This document shows positions 34,047-47,969 of a DNA stretch of 64,000 nt, piece by piece. Source of the stretch: Amoebophrya sp. A120 (taxonomy: Eukaryota; Protista; Dinoflagellata); contig CAJINV010000013.1 in NCBI GenBank assembly GCA_905178155.1, forward strand, positions 1,388,392-1,452,391, read 5' to 3'. The notes under the pieces were generated by a model that was not told the origin of the DNA, made no database searches, and saw only the letters and a list, made by a program, of their open reading frames with translations. Every line of letters begins with the position of its first letter. Position 1 is the stretch's first letter. Both the position numbers and the translations under genes were made by a program.

Positions 34047-37000
34047 ATGGCTGACCAGAAAGAGAAGCTGAGAAAAGCGGGACAGGATTTGCAGAGGCTC
34101 CTGGCTACCGCGTCACTTTCTGCCACCCGGGAGGTAGTTCCAACTTCGTCGTGCGAGCGCGCGGGTGGTTCAGGGGACGGAGTTGCGGGTTCTCGGCAAG
34201 ATGTGGTGCAGCTTGAGGCGTCCATACTATCGGAAAATAAGGTATATGGAGCACAGCTAGATGCTGCGGGCACGAGGACTAAGCACCGACTCGGCGCGGG
34301 TTCCGCGCAGAAAAGGCACAAGGATTTGAAATCATCCGACAAGTTGCAGAAGATGCTAAAGAAAAAGCAGAAGAAAAGTAAGAAGACGAAGATCAGTGCC
34401 AAGGAGTACCGGGAACTGAAAGCCATGGGGCTCCTGCCCGAGAACGCCGATAATTATTCTGCATCTGAAATAACCGAATCTTCGGACTCCAGTAGCGACA
34501 CAAGCTCCGATGAAAATGAAGCATCAAAGGGCAGCGCTTCTCGTCGCCACAAGAAGCGGAAACAGCGTAAGAACACCAGCGACAGCGGTAGTAGCAGCAA
34601 CAGCTCTGGTGCTTCATCTTCTAGCGAATCGTCTGCAAGTGACGACTCTTCTGAAGATGACCAAGAGCAACACGATGAGAAACATTCCCGCAAAGACGAC
34701 GCGAAAGAATCTTCCCTGCAGGTGGAAGACGCACAGCAAAACTCGAGTACAACAGCTAGGACCCCCAGCAAAGCTCCCCGAAATATGAAAGACCGGGATG
34801 AGCTACGTGCGTCGTACAAGCTGCCCCTGGAGAAGATGGTCGGAAACACGAGGTTCTTCCGGCAACACGATCCCCGAGACGAGCTGACGGAGGCGCGGAA
34901 CCAGCGGGCCCTGATCGAAATGAAGGAATTCCTCGTGGATCTCGACCGGAATCGGCAAGCCGCGTTGGAGGAGCAAAACCGGGTGGCAGCGGAGGAATGG
35001 ACCAAGGAATGGCGGCGACATGAACCGGAATCACCCCTTTTCTACGACAACGCAAGGCACCGGAGGCCGGAGGGATGGAAAAATGATAGTAAGGCCGGCG
35101 GTGTAGAAGAAGGCGTAGGAGAAAGTTCGTTATTTTTCTCGGCTTCCTCGAATGAAAAGAGTTGTAGTATTAAATCAGCAGACGTCATCGGATTAGACTA
35201 CCTTCTTGGTCTCCAGAGTATAGATGGAGTAGATGCGAAGAAACTTCAGCCTGGTAATTGTACCTCTGGAAATAAGGGGTCCACTGAAAAGGAAAACCCA
35301 ACTTCGAGCGACATTTTCGCAGTACCGGACGGTTCCATCTTTTCGAAAGTTTTTCCTCCTGCGTCTACCTCTACTTCCACCGCAAGTGGTTGCGAAAGCA
35401 CCGATGCGGCAGCAAATAAGGACATTAAAAATGCGACTGGTGGACAAGAAAATTTTCCCGGAGCAACGCCGTCTACTTCGCTGCAGACACAAGAACCAGA
35501 TCCTTCTAAAAAGTCGGTGAGGCTTGAGGAAAATGGTGCTAACTTTATTTTTCCGTCAGAGGTGGTAGTAGAACACCGGCCGGTCACCATGAACGATCGC
35601 TCTGGAGTTTCTGCAGGTTCTTGCGCCGGCAGCTCTAATGATCTTCGTGCGATGAAACTGCCCCGAACCCTGCGTGAGTATCGCGAGCAGCAGACCAACC
35701 GGGAGAACTTGCCTCTTCGGGATTTCTTGCCACCGGTGATTCACAAGCAACACAAGTGGTGCAAGGTACTTGCTCATGATTTTTTTGGTTGCGATAAATT
35801 ATGAAATTGTTGTTCGTATGGATAGGATGGAAAACGCGATCGCGTCATTCCATCAGACAGAACCTCATACATGATTGATTCTTCCCAGGCGCACAACCGT
35901 GGTCGGCGGTCCGGACAGAAAGAGCGCGGCGCACGCGATCGGAGAGCGGTCAATTACCTCGTGAAAAAGTACTTCACGACGCCATTGTGGATCCACTGCA
36001 TCGCAGACGAGATGGGCTACGACTTTGAGACGCTAATGCGGCTGGAGCAGAAGTAGAATAGTTTTTCTTAACACGTTGGCGTCATCAGCGTTTTTTACCG
36101 GTTTTGGATTCATTTTGGAATTTCCGTTTCGGGCATAGTGGTGGTGTATCTCCACTTCTTGAAAACAACTACAAATAGTTGCATCTTTGTTCTTGCATGG
36201 TTTTTTCCAAAACACGACCAGAGTCGACCAGAACAAGGGCATTTTGCAGCGGACCGAGCGCAATGTGGTGGGCATTGGGAGCGGGTTCTCGTGCAGTGAC
36301 AATGAGTTCCAGATGGACCGTCACCACAACCGCGGGAGGCGAAATTCCCGAGTCGCAAACAACCAGCGCAGCCGCAATTACAGTGGCGGGCGTTCCCAGG
36401 TGCTGACCTCGCTAAAAGACGATGTGATGGCGCAGTACAGCGTGCTGAAGTGTCTACAGCACGCGCCACCGCCCCTTGGGACGGTCGCTGATTTGGATTA
36501 CAGCTTGGCGTGCTTGAAGGTCCTGTTTTGCGAGGACGAGATTGCCCTGGTGCACGCGGAAAAGGTGGAGCAGATTAGTTCCTTTTCCTCAATGAATTGT
36601 GGCACGACAACTACAAGCGAGGTCTTTCTCGACGCAGGGAAAACGCGGGACGAGACTGCAGCCGATAGTGCAGCTATAGTGCAGAGAAATAATAGAGTAG
36701 AGGTAGATTCCACTGCCGCCACCACTACTACCCCCGAGCAGTTGGACCGACAGAGAGAGGTATTACTCTCCGCCTTGAACGCGCAGTATGCGGTCGAGAA
36801 GGAGAAACTCGAGCAAAATTGCGATCGGCTCATTGTGGACGAAAAGACCGAAAAACGGTGGCTGTTCTCCAAAACTCCCCGGCACGAAGACAACTGGGAA
36901 CGAGGCACTTTCCTGAAGTTCGAGGGACGGAACAAAGGTAGAAAGGGCAGGGGGAAAAGCTACTCCTACCCGGGTAGGCATCTCGATCCGGATGCGGATT

Positions 37001-40000
37001 TGCAACCATGGCAGCGGGACCAATTGGCAGCGGGATTCGATGCGGCGGAGGCGGGCGGTATCGATACGTACGGAGAAAACGGAGGTAACATTTGCGGGCC
37101 ATTAAATAGAATTTTCGTTGGAAAAAGATTCACCAATTTTTGATGTTCCAGATCGCCTCCTCTTCTAGTTTTTGCACTCCGAAGTACTGTGAGGTTGTCG
37201 ATGTTGAAAATGAAAAGATTTCATCACCGGATGAAAACAAATTATCACAGGGAGTCAACTACACCATGGAGAACCGCTTCAAAGCCAGGTCGCAGTATGC
37301 CAGCAGCTTCCAGAGAGTGAGCATGAGAAGAGTGCTTCCAATTGCGAAGAGCAGGAACTGAACCCGCTTTTCCAGCCGGTGCTGCGGTTTCCGAACCGCT
37401 ACAAGGACCCAATGCCGTCCACTTCGTTCGTCACGCGAGTGATGAATTTGAGGGCAAAAGTCCTCGCGGACCGCACGCAGCAGCAGGAGCTGCACATCAA
37501 ATTCGAAGAGCTCATCCATCAATATCGCCGGTGCCGGGGGTTCACGCCGGATTGCTTGAAATTTTTGCTGAAAAGAGCGGACTTTGTGAACGCGTTTGGC
37601 GAAGCGAGAACGTCAGCGGGCACTGCTGTAACAGCTGTTTCGATGTTGCCTGCCGGGAATCTTCGTGGCCGACGACCCAGCGTCGTGGAAATTTTTGAGA
37701 AGATAAAGGCTCTCGAAAATCGTGTAGACGAGTCTACTCCCGAAGAAGTAGAAGTTCTTGAAGTGCAGAGCTCCGTACTTACAAGCACCACCTCTACTTC
37801 GGGCGAAGAGGCCAATGCTCCGAAAGAAGAATTCTTGTCCATCGCTCCAGCCAATGTGGAAGCAGATGGCACAAAGATGATCAGGACGGGTAGTACTTCA
37901 CCTGAGGATTCTGAAGCTGAGATCTTAAAAACAGACACAACAACCAGCACGGAAAATAAGCACACTACCGCTGTTTCACCTCCGGAAGTGATTCACATCC
38001 ACACGACGCTCACGCTGGAAGAAAGCGAGAAGCTCCGCGAAAAGCGTAAAGCCCTAACCGCCAACGCGGAGAAGAAGCTGGCACAGCTTGCGGAGTTGCT
38101 CCCCGGCGCCCACGAGATTGATTTGCGGCGCGAAGTGTTTCTGAAACCGCTGCAGCAGGAGAACCTACCCGATGGGCTCGCGGACCACTGCTCGCACACT
38201 TTGCTGGGCGTCGCAAGCCTATACCAGAAACTGGCCCTGGATCCGCGGAACCGGGCGAAGCTCTACCAGCAAGAGGACCGCGTCGTCGAGAGTGGGGACT
38301 TAACAACAGCAACCATCTCTCCGGGCTCTGAAAGAATGCTGACGTTTCTGATGCAGGTTTTCTATGCCTCGCAAGATCTGAAATGCGTGGGGCAGCTGCA
38401 TCACAGATTCTGGCGAGGCTTTGTAAGATGCCAATCTTGATGCATGAGATACCCACACACTGCGTCACAAATGCTGAGAGAGTGTTTCTACTCATGCGTC
38501 CCAAATCTTTTGTGAACTAAAGCAGAGAGTCCTCTGAGTCGCAAGTTTGCATTCTTTTGGAAAATAAACCCAGGCAGTGTTGCAATTCATAGGACTACCA
38601 ATACATGAAAAGTGATAACAGTTCCGACTCATCGAGCGAAGAATCCAGCGCTGCTGAGGAGGAGCAAGGTCTGCGGAAAATTTTCAAGATGCGAAGGGAG
38701 GATATGAACTGCAAAAATGTCTGGGTCTGGAAAGTTGGAACTTGTGATGCTACCTGTGGACTCTACATGAAATCTGTATTGCATGAACAGCATAAGAGGT
38801 GCAATTTGTGCTACGCGGAGAGGGCATTTCTCATGCGGTATGAGCATCAGAGAGCCCTCGCAGATTCTCTGATGCTAGGGCATGCATCACAAACCTCATG
38901 GGTCATGGAAAATCTGCATGACAATCTTCTGTATTCTTCCAGACCCAGACATTTTTGCAGTGAATAGAGGAGCAGGAAAGACAAGAGAGCGAGCGAACAA
39001 TTACATCTTCGAATAGCATGATTCCCGCTCCTTTGGAATTTAGTCCTAGCACGGCCGCCATCACGACGCCCTTCTATCTGCTGGGAAAAGATAAAAGTAC
39101 AAGAACTTCAGGAGCAGGCGATCTGAAGAATAAGCATATTCCCGACTTGCTGAACACTACGAAGAACATTTTCGAACAGGCGGAAGAGCAGCTTCTGGAG
39201 GAACAAGAAGGGCAGGACACGAACAACAAAAGAAATAAACCCGTGAATAACCCTTTCGCGAGATTCTTCCGCTCCGGGCGGGATTTGAAGCGGAATGTGT
39301 TTCTCTTGGAGAAGCACCGGCAGTGGGTGGAGCAAATCGGCAGCATTGCCCAGGAGCGGCTCCATGAGAGTTTTTTTCGGGGAAATACAAGTACTAGCAA
39401 GAAGAAAGAAAATTCCGCCAATACTGCTCTCCTGAATCGAAAGAAAAAAACCGACCCCGGCTGTGGCGTTTCCCGTTTGGTTTTACTCCACGACAGGCTT
39501 CCAGCGCACCTTCGGGGCCTCTTTGACGACGACAATTCACCCTCCGCAGGAGACCGCAAGAGAGATCGGACAACGCCAGCTCTGGTCGTTGAGAACGTGA
39601 GGGAGATGAGAAAGCTGCAAGAGTACGAAGCGAGGCTGAACCGGAGCTCGTTTCTGCCCCTCGGCGCGTTTGCAGATCATGGCTTCAATATTGAGGGTGA
39701 CAAGAATCATGCCGCGATGGCGGGGGGGAATGCGAATGCGAATGCCAACGGCAACAAAAACCGGAAGAGCAAGGACGGGAAAATGATCTTAAATGGATTT
39801 AGTACGAACACCCTGTGCGACGTGCTCGCACCACCACCCTCGGCTCAGTTTTTCCGCCACGAAAACCTCCCGGACGAGGTTTTGCAAGGGTTGCTGGGGC
39901 GGGGAGGCTCTCTACGTTCGTCATCGAAGAAGAAGAAGAGCAGGACTAAAAATGCTGACTCAAGACACAAAGCGCGAGGACCCAACGGATCTTCTGCCCA

Positions 40001-42062
40001 GTACCACCAGAAATTGGTCGAGCTGATGCACAAGTTCGCGTACAACAAAAACGTGGCCATGGTTCGCACCTGTCCGGATTTTGAGGGCCTGCTGTTCTTG
40101 GTAGAGGCCGGCTTCGCTCCGACGGTTTACCGCAGCATCTGGATGCAGTCCGACGACCGACTGAAAAAGAAAGACCTGCGAGAAAAGCGGTGGCGGCGCG
40201 AGGAGAAGGAACTACGGGAAAAAAACGGCGGAGAAGCTGCTGGGCCCAAGAACTCATCCCTTTTCAAGCGAAGTTGTCGGCCTCCGATCGACGACGGCAT
40301 TCTCGCGACCACACGGACAGGCGAGATCATCTACGCCCCCGGGTACGTGGCGCAGCAGGCGAGTAAGCACAAGCGACTCTTCGATGTGTGGAAAGACAAG
40401 GAAAACTACTACCGCCCGGCCAAGGAACTTGTGGACGACGTCGAAGTTGAGGTGCAAAAGAAATCCAAACTTGTGCAGCTGTCAACTACCTTGTCGGTGT
40501 TGAAGAAGATGAATCAACAAGGGCAGCAAGAATCTACGAAGTTGAGTGATGTTGAAAGCAAAAACTACCCGGACAGCAGCTGCACTTCCCTTGTTACCCT
40601 GGCTCAGGTTGCACATGCACCACCGTTCATTCCCCTGGCCGCACGAGAAGGTCCGTCGGCTGCTGCGGAGAAGGATGCAGTTCTTGCGCAAGAAGAAGCT
40701 GAGGTAGAGACGATAGTGCAAGAACATACCGGGACCACGACTGATGTCGATGTTCCTGCGGCGCAAGACGGTGTTGTGCCCCGAGTCTCTACTTCATCAT
40801 CCAGCCAGGCTGAGAAGAAGCTCGCAATAGACGAGCAAAACGCGACCGAAGGTGTAGGACTCCGACCGAGCAGCAACGAAATACTGACGCAAAAAGTACT
40901 TTCATCCGATCAAGAACTCGACAAAGACAAAGATGAAGGTGCGGCAGGAGCAGGCTGCTCGCCACTTCCTAATCTTTCCGCACAAAGTAGCGCCCGTAGC
41001 AGAAGCAGTTCCGACGATGATTCACGGGCGGGAGTAACTGCTGAAAAAGATCATGAGTCCGAATCTTCAGAAAGAACAATGCCGACAATAATTTCGAATT
41101 ATACAGATTTAGCTGCTCCCAGCGAAATTACAACCATCTCCACGACGAAAACCGCCATGACTTCACAGGCGAGCTTGCCCGGCTATGCCACACCACCACA
41201 AGAACGGGGGCAGGTGCCGCTGCTATCTGCAGAGACCACGTCCGAATTGCTCGAGAAGAACGAAAGAACGCATGCTGAAGTGGTCGCGCAACAGACCACA
41301 ACAGAGCAATTGACAGTGCAGATGAGCCCTCGACTTACCACTCCCCTTCTCGAAAAAAATGCAACGTCGGCCTCCAGCACTGCCCACGTAGTAGAAGCTT
41401 ATCGGGACGTCGAAGATCATGATCATCCGTGCTCCGGCGAACAAGCGACGCGTCGGTTTATTTCCAAGCAACAGGAGGAGCCTCAGACTGCGCGGAAAAC
41501 GAAAAGTACCGCAGCTCCACCCCTGGCCACAAGTTGTTACACAACTAGCGCGGCAAGCAGGACAGATGATTTTGCTGATGGCGGAAGAGAAGTTGTCTCG
41601 GGTCGCAACGGTGGAGGTGGTCTAAACGAAAATTATAACGCTTGTAATTCCCGGCTTCAGATGTTTTTGGCGCAGACCTTTCAGATCGAAGACAAAGATG
41701 GGGAGCTGCATGAGATCGACCGGTCGCTGACGACACAGATGAGCGCCCGGCTTGACAGACATGCACAGGAAATGTTGAACAAGGTTTTGAAGAACCGTGA
41801 GGAGCGCGGCCGGGTGATTTGGGACAACAAGTCATCTCCCGGGTACAACCACCGGGAGTCGATGCTCGCCCGCTTGAAGTTGGGTATGATCCAAAAGCTT
41901 GAGGCGGCCTTCGCCCGCGTGAAGGAGAACGAATTTGACTCCGTTTCGCCCACCAACGTGCTCCTGCCGCCGCTCGAGCCTCCGGCGCGCGTGCCATGCG
42001 AGCTGCACGAGCTTTACCACATTCCGGAAGAATTACTCCCGATCAGATGCTTTTGGTTGTAA
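34047..42062 (+). CDS. Large multi-exon hypothetical protein
   Basis: ORFs 33756-35804, 35871-36056, 36187-37143, 37140-37361, 37379-38440, 38605-38967 and 39018-42062 chain via phase-consistent GT-AG introns and removal of element 38703-38966. One 1-nt slip at the T5 run 37137-37141, so this could be two genes. No domain recognised. Confidence 0.6.
38703..38966. mobile_element. Introner-like TIR element, family A copy 3 (264 bp)
   Basis: TATGAACTGCAAAAATGTCTGGGTCTGGAA ... TTCCAGACCCAGACATTTTTGCAGTGAATA. TSD GAGGA at 38698-38702 and 38967-38971. Removal gives in-frame KMRREEQERQESERTITSSNSMIPAP. Confidence 0.95.
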
Positions 42063-42411
42063 AGGTTTTTGCGGTGAATTATCATGACAATTTCTATTTT
42101 CTTCACATCCACGACGACACAATTCGACCGACATATTTAGTGTTTTGTTCCATTCATGAATCACAAAAATAGAAACGAGTCAATACTTTTGATGACAAAT
42201 TGAGATCTTCTACATACGAACCTCTCACGACACACACATCATAATGAAGAAGGAACTCGTTCCAAGAGGGCGGCACCATTGAAGAAAACATAGAATGAGA
42301 GAAAAAAAGACGACATCGGAATTCAATTTTCTTTATTGGAATTAGAGAGATGAATTTTCTTTATTGGAATTAAGCACAATCAGACTTCGACAAGTAGACC
42401 TGACTACGAAA

Positions 42412-43319
42412 CCTCCTGTGAAGGCCGTCGCCTGAGGAGATCTCCCGGTCGTAACGTGGGGAGAAGCAGGCCGCATGCTTATCAGGGCAAGCGGTTAGTG
42501 GATCTGGTTGAAAGAGTGGCCCCAGTGAATGAGGGCCGCCGCCTCTCATGATGCCACCTCGTAGACCATATATACGCGCTGGCCTTGTTGTTCTACGGAG
42601 AGCTAGCAGCAAGCAGCTCCTTGGCCCATGCGCTTGCGCTGCTGCGCAGGTTCGCAACAAAAAGGCACGCCGCCGCTGTGCTGTTTGTTGCCTGCCACCC
42701 GGGTGCCGCGGCTGCGCCTCGCGCGTCCACGGGACGCGACGGGGCAGCAAGCCGCGCGGCACCACCGACGAGCGCAGCTGCGCTACCGTTAGGGGAGCGC
42801 AGCCACCCAGATGGCTGGCCACCCCACCCTCCCGGATGCCGCCCCTTATCCGAGCTCGGCCAAGCCCATACCGAGAATTATAGCGCCGACCGTTGATAGT
42901 GCGCGGCCACCCGGTTGGTCGGTACTATGAAGAGCGCGCCACGACAGGCGAGCCCTGTGGCACCACTGAAACGGCCACACAGCAACACATTGGCGGCGCA
43001 CAACCGCCCACGAGTTGAGCGCCCCCAGACATGCAAATGCTTGCTGTAGCTACGCAGTGCAATACCAAATCGGACGAAAATCAACGGCAGTCGTGGGGAG
43101 GTGTTGGTGTTCGTGAGGCACTACGTCCGACGCGCCTCCGAGCCGTGAGGGCACTCGGAAGGGTAGGAGAGAGGGACCGAAAGTGCACCTACTCCGGGTG
43201 CGGGAGATCCTGGCGAGACAGATCCCACATACAATGCACTGAGACCCATCCGTCCCCTTGTACGTGCGATGTTTGTGCACAGTGGTCGGCATCACCTGTG
43301 GCTTCGATAATAATAATAA
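42412..43319 (+). mobile_element. Non-autonomous SINE-like retroposon, family C copy 2
   Basis: 17-bp TSD TAGACCTGACTACGAAA at 42395-42411 and 43320-43336; (TAA)n tail; same 5' end CCTCCTGTGAAGGCCGTCG as copy 1. Confidence 0.9.
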
Positions 43320-43336
43320 TAGACCTGACTACGAAA

Positions 43337-45600
43337 CTCTTATTTGAATTGACTGCCTTAATATCAACTTCGAATTTTTACCTTGAGCTTTATCAATCTT
43401 TTGAGAGAAAATCTCTTGATAATGGAGTTGAAACAAGGACAATCTCGGACCGGGCCTACGACAAATTTGAGTCATACCCAGACATGACCAGAAAGAAAGA
43501 AAGACGACATCGGGGTGATTCCACACATGAATGATATCGATCCTTTCCTCTTGGATATTGAAAGAGAAGAACAATGATTATTCGGATATCTTACGATATG
43601 AATTCGCTTCTTCAATAAGAAATAGATGGAAAAAATATTTGAAGATTTTCATAAATCTTCATCGGATCGATGTTCGATAATATTGTTTGTTTGTTTGGTA
43701 TGTAGTGATGGAGTCGTGGTTTTCGTGTGAAGGGTTTGCCTTCCTCTCATGATGTCGATGTTAATGTTGCTTCAATATCCTATTCATCATCATATTTTTT
43801 TTTTATTTCGGGAAGATGTATCGATATGAAAAATAAGGATTGGATTTTTTTGTTTGTTTGTTGGTAAAGGTCATGGATGTGGAATCGTTTGGAGGTGGTC
43901 TTTTCTCTCATATGGATTTAGAACATAATTTGTCATGGAAGTTTTCGTTTCCATTTTCCATGAAAATTTGTATTTCATATGAGTTGTAATTTTCAAAAAT
44001 TTCATGTCAGAATTTTTGGATTTCTGTTTTCTTCTTGCTTATCTGATTCAAATTGATTTTGTGGGTTATTCATCAGAAAAGAATTTATGAAAAATGATCT
44101 TGCGTAAATGAAATCGATTTGTTTCTTCAAAGAGATTCGAAGAAAATTCCGGTTCTTCAAAGATATTCGAAGAGGGGTTTTATGATAATTTTTCAAAAAA
44201 TTCCTTTGGTATTTACCAACATCATTAAATTCAGAGAAAAAAATCAACAAAAATGACAATCGAACCCTCATCGAATATATTAGCAAGATTGATATTCTGC
44301 GAAAATCAATCAGAGATATGAGATTGATAAAACAAAATTTTGCAAAAATCGGAAGAATTTCATATTTCAAAAATTTTCGGAGAAAATAGGACACCTATAA
44401 TATTTCGAAATTTTCGGAGATTTCTCCACAATTTTCTATGTTTTCAGATTTTCAATGATCAAGGAATTTATCTTCGAAGGAATAGATATTCTTCTGAAAA
44501 TCGAGAAATAAATTTCATATGCCAAACCCATAAGAGACACACATGAAATTTATATCCAGATTCATTGGAAGATGTTGAAATTATTCTGAGATCAGAAATC
44601 TTGAAATCGAATCTAGATTCAATTCTAGAAATATCTAATTTTTGATCGTTTTTCAAGATTCAGATTCATGTATGTTGATGGGAATGATTGAGCTGAAGAG
44701 AGAGAGGCAGATGAAATTTGGAAGTTTTAGGATCATGAACAAATGATACCATACCCAGACAGAAGCGAATAGCTGAATCAATAGGGATGACGAATGGGAC
44801 CGACGAAAACAATGAGACGACTTCTTTTTTTTGATTTTTTTGAACGTGTACACACCCTAACGATGAAATTCCACTGGAACAGATACCAAGCCAGGGCCAT
44901 TAAATGACCCTTCGAGAATTGATTCCGGTGATGTCAATCAAATCGGAACAATCTTTGTGTGGTTGAATGTTTTACCGAAATCAATCTATCATGGTATCGA
45001 GCGCTAAGCAGAAAAAGGTTGATGTTGCAATTTTACTGATGGACTTTTATGCTTGAAATTCAAGAGAAAATTTTTGCTGCTATGGGCACGAATTCGTGGG
45101 GATGTACGTTGTACGCCTCTTTTTGTAATGCTCGTGCATTAGCATTTTTATTCTATTTTCTCTAGCACAATAAACATAAAAAGTGCATGGATGATGTATG
45201 AGAGCTCCTGCGATATTTTGCTTTCAAAAGTAGCTTGGCAAATCGTAAATAACCGGGAAAATAAATATAGGAAACGGGACTTGAATGAAAGGTGGGTAAA
45301 TAAACTTAAGTAAAAACTTCGGCTTAGTTCTTCTCCTCGAAAACACTACACCGACACTGGAAGCGAAAATTTCCAATGATGGCTATCATCAGTATTGGAA
45401 GACCTCTGGAACAAAAAATCTAGCTCTTTAATAAACCTACTTTGATGGAGTCGTGCACACGATGTCAGAATGATAAATCAAAATAAATGCGAATGGCGTT
45501 GCAAAAGTCATTCCTTAAAATATCAGTGAGCATCAAGAAATTCGAGTTAGATTACAAGATACAGAAAATCATACACGTCGTGATAATATTTATTGGTAGT
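43337..45600. other. AT-rich gene-free island at a convergent strand-switch region
   Basis: Visibly AT-rich compared with its flanks, with only low-complexity F/I/K/N-rich ORFs. Separates the + strand gene block from the - strand gene block. Confidence 0.6.
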
Positions 45601-45812
45601 CTCGTCCTGTGAGAGCCTCCCTTCCCTTCGGACTGCCAATGCGGGACGATCTAGTATCGCTTTTCCATCGTGTCTTCGTGGACGTTGGAAATCGGAGCGA
45701 GACATTCGATCGTCCCGATATTAAAAGTGTTGCGCTGAATGATTGATTCCCAGTTCACAACTGTCAAAGCTCTTTCATGAATTTCAAGCGCTCCTTGTCG
45801 TTTCTTGCATGA

Positions 45813-46830
45813 TCAAAAAGGAGCCAGCATCAAAAAAGCGGCGGGTTGCGCAGTCTGCTGCTGTGGTCCATTGCCCTCGCCGCCCTGTTCCTGGCCTGCT
45901 GGCCCGGATGTGTTTGCCCCACGGCCGCATGTAACAATGCAGATCACAATGCTCAGGATGATGCCGGCAGCACTATGGAAACGGAAAATAACGCCAGGGC
46001 CACAGGAGGACATTGTGATGACAAAAACTGGTGACCTCGTGGTCATATCGTCTTCGAGATTAGTTGTATCGACCTTCGACACGGGTCTCGTCGGCGACGT
46101 CACCCAGACGAGCAGTTCTACATACAAGACAAAGATATACGACTATACACGGGTACTTACTCTTATGATGAACTCCAACAAGTCTCCCGGCAAGAACAGC
46201 GCGTTATTTTCTCAGTTGATAAGCCAAGATGCAGATGATTACGATCCAAAGGACCATGTACCGCTCCCAATAGTCCTTCAAGCTGCTCCCCATCTGTGAG
46301 GTGCCGTCCCCTCCGGCAGCTGCGTTGGTAGCATCAAATGGCTGCCCGTTCTGCTGGGTAGTCGCGTAGCCGTAACCGTAAGCGCCCCCCCCTCCTGCAT
46401 TGACCACCAGCGGACTCTGCTCATTGGTACTACCCGACCCCATTTTTGTCGACGCTGCGGCATTGCTACCCGTGGACCCGGCAACTTTTGCCGACGCTGC
46501 AGCATTGCTGCCCGCGGACCCCGTAATTTTTGCTGACGTTGCTGCATTGCTGCCCGCGGACCCCGTGATTTTTGCAGACGAGGCGGGCTGCTGCTGGTCG
46601 TCGGCCGCATTCGGATTCAGGTCGACGGCGTTCTGTTCTGTCGTATCTCCCTCAGCTGCGGTTTTTTGCGACGCCGTTGTAAGGCCTCCGCCCATTTGCG
46701 AAGCCCGCCCCCGCGGTGCGGACGTTGAGCTCGCATTAGCGGGATTCAGTGACGCGCTCTGTTCCCCCGCGGCAAGATCGGCGTCCATCTTTTGCGACGC
46801 GCCCCCTGCTATTTTCGAAGCGCGCGGCAT
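45813..46830 (-). CDS. Hypothetical membrane protein with A/S/G-rich repetitive N-terminus; 3' structure uncertain
   Basis: ORF 46204-46830 has 14-aa repeats and a TM helix (MVLWIVIICILAY). A 1-nt shift at 46207-46210 would continue as NALFLPGDLLEFIIR to a GTAAGT donor and possibly into ORF 45813-46127, which has a second hydrophobic stretch. Confidence 0.5.
46444..46580. repeat. 42-bp coding tandem repeat, ~3.3 copies (SAKITGSAGSNAAT)
   Basis: Units start at 46444, 46486, 46528 and 46570. Confidence 0.9.
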
Positions 46831-47969
46831 GGTAGAAAGAGTTGATACAAGATTGAGATTGCTACTGCGCCCACTGTGGTCTGTGAAGCGGGAGATGTTG
46901 TTGCGAACGGTCTTCTTCTGCTCGAACAGCAGTCAACGTCGGTTCTCTGCTTCTTTGGTTTGTTGTGCCCGATGTGGAACGGACGCGCGCGTGTCACAGG
47001 TTCCGGTCACAGTGTGTGCAATGAAAGCAACTGACAAAATCTGCTCTGGCTACTCCCGGCCCGTGGCTACAGAGAGACACTTAGCTTTATGAAAAAGCGG
47101 AGAAAATGAAAAAGGACTCGAAAATGAAATTCGAATTTAAATTGATGACAGGAAAGTGTTATTCATACAGATACACAGAAAAAATTGGTGTTGTCGTACA
47201 ACCGGGCAGGGGAAGATTAAAACAAATAAATCGAATAATCGTCCTGGACGGCTGTGGTGTTTCGTGGCAGAGATGAGATAGGCAGAGCACGCTGCGCCAC
47301 CGTTTGTCAACAACGAACAAGGTTCGGTTGAACGAAAGACCGATTTGTTTTTGTACCGTATTATTCGTGGTAGAAAATAAATTTTGTCATACCGATTGAT
47401 GCTGCTCGATTGGCACCTTTATTCAGTCCGAGAAGAAACGAAACCTTGAAACGAACCGAACAGCATGACCTGCTGTGATTTTCGCTCGACTTGAGCTTGA
47501 CCGATGAGATTTGCATTTCAGCATTATACATTTTTGTTCGACGTACGATTACAGTTGTACACGAGGACGAGCAGAGAGCGGGCTTTCCACCTATCCTTGT
47601 CACCGACAGCCCTCACGGCTTGAAGTTGCTGAACCGACAGAGTAAATGACAACGGCGAGGACACCAGACACGAAGAAATAGAGCATCGTTTTTTTTTGTA
47701 GAGGACATCACGCGGATGCTGACGGCGGAGGCACTAGCTACTGCGGCTGTAGAATTCGGTGGGGCCACGAACTGCTACGCGTCGTTCGTATTCATTTTCG
47801 ATCGGATGTAGTTGTCGAGCCTTGCTTTTTACGTGAATCGAATGTCGCTGCGATGATAGTCATGTCATGATATATCTTTTTGTCGCGAAAATGAAAATTA
47901 GTCGACGATATTGTGTCGGTCCATTGACACATACTCTCAATCTTCCACCATCTGCCAGCACACGAGCAG

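Noticed and set aside
30047-43534. Duplicated ORFs inside the two SINE-like copies (for example MASHLGGCAPL..., MQMLAVATQC...)
   Set aside because: They are GC-rich chance ORFs in all frames with no RT or endonuclease motifs, and indels between the copies break them.
44002-44853. F/I/L/K-rich ORFs in the AT island as mitochondrial gene fragments; single ACCCTAA near 44854 as a telomeric seed
   Set aside because: No cox1, cox3 or cob motifs were recognised, and one heptamer is expected by chance.
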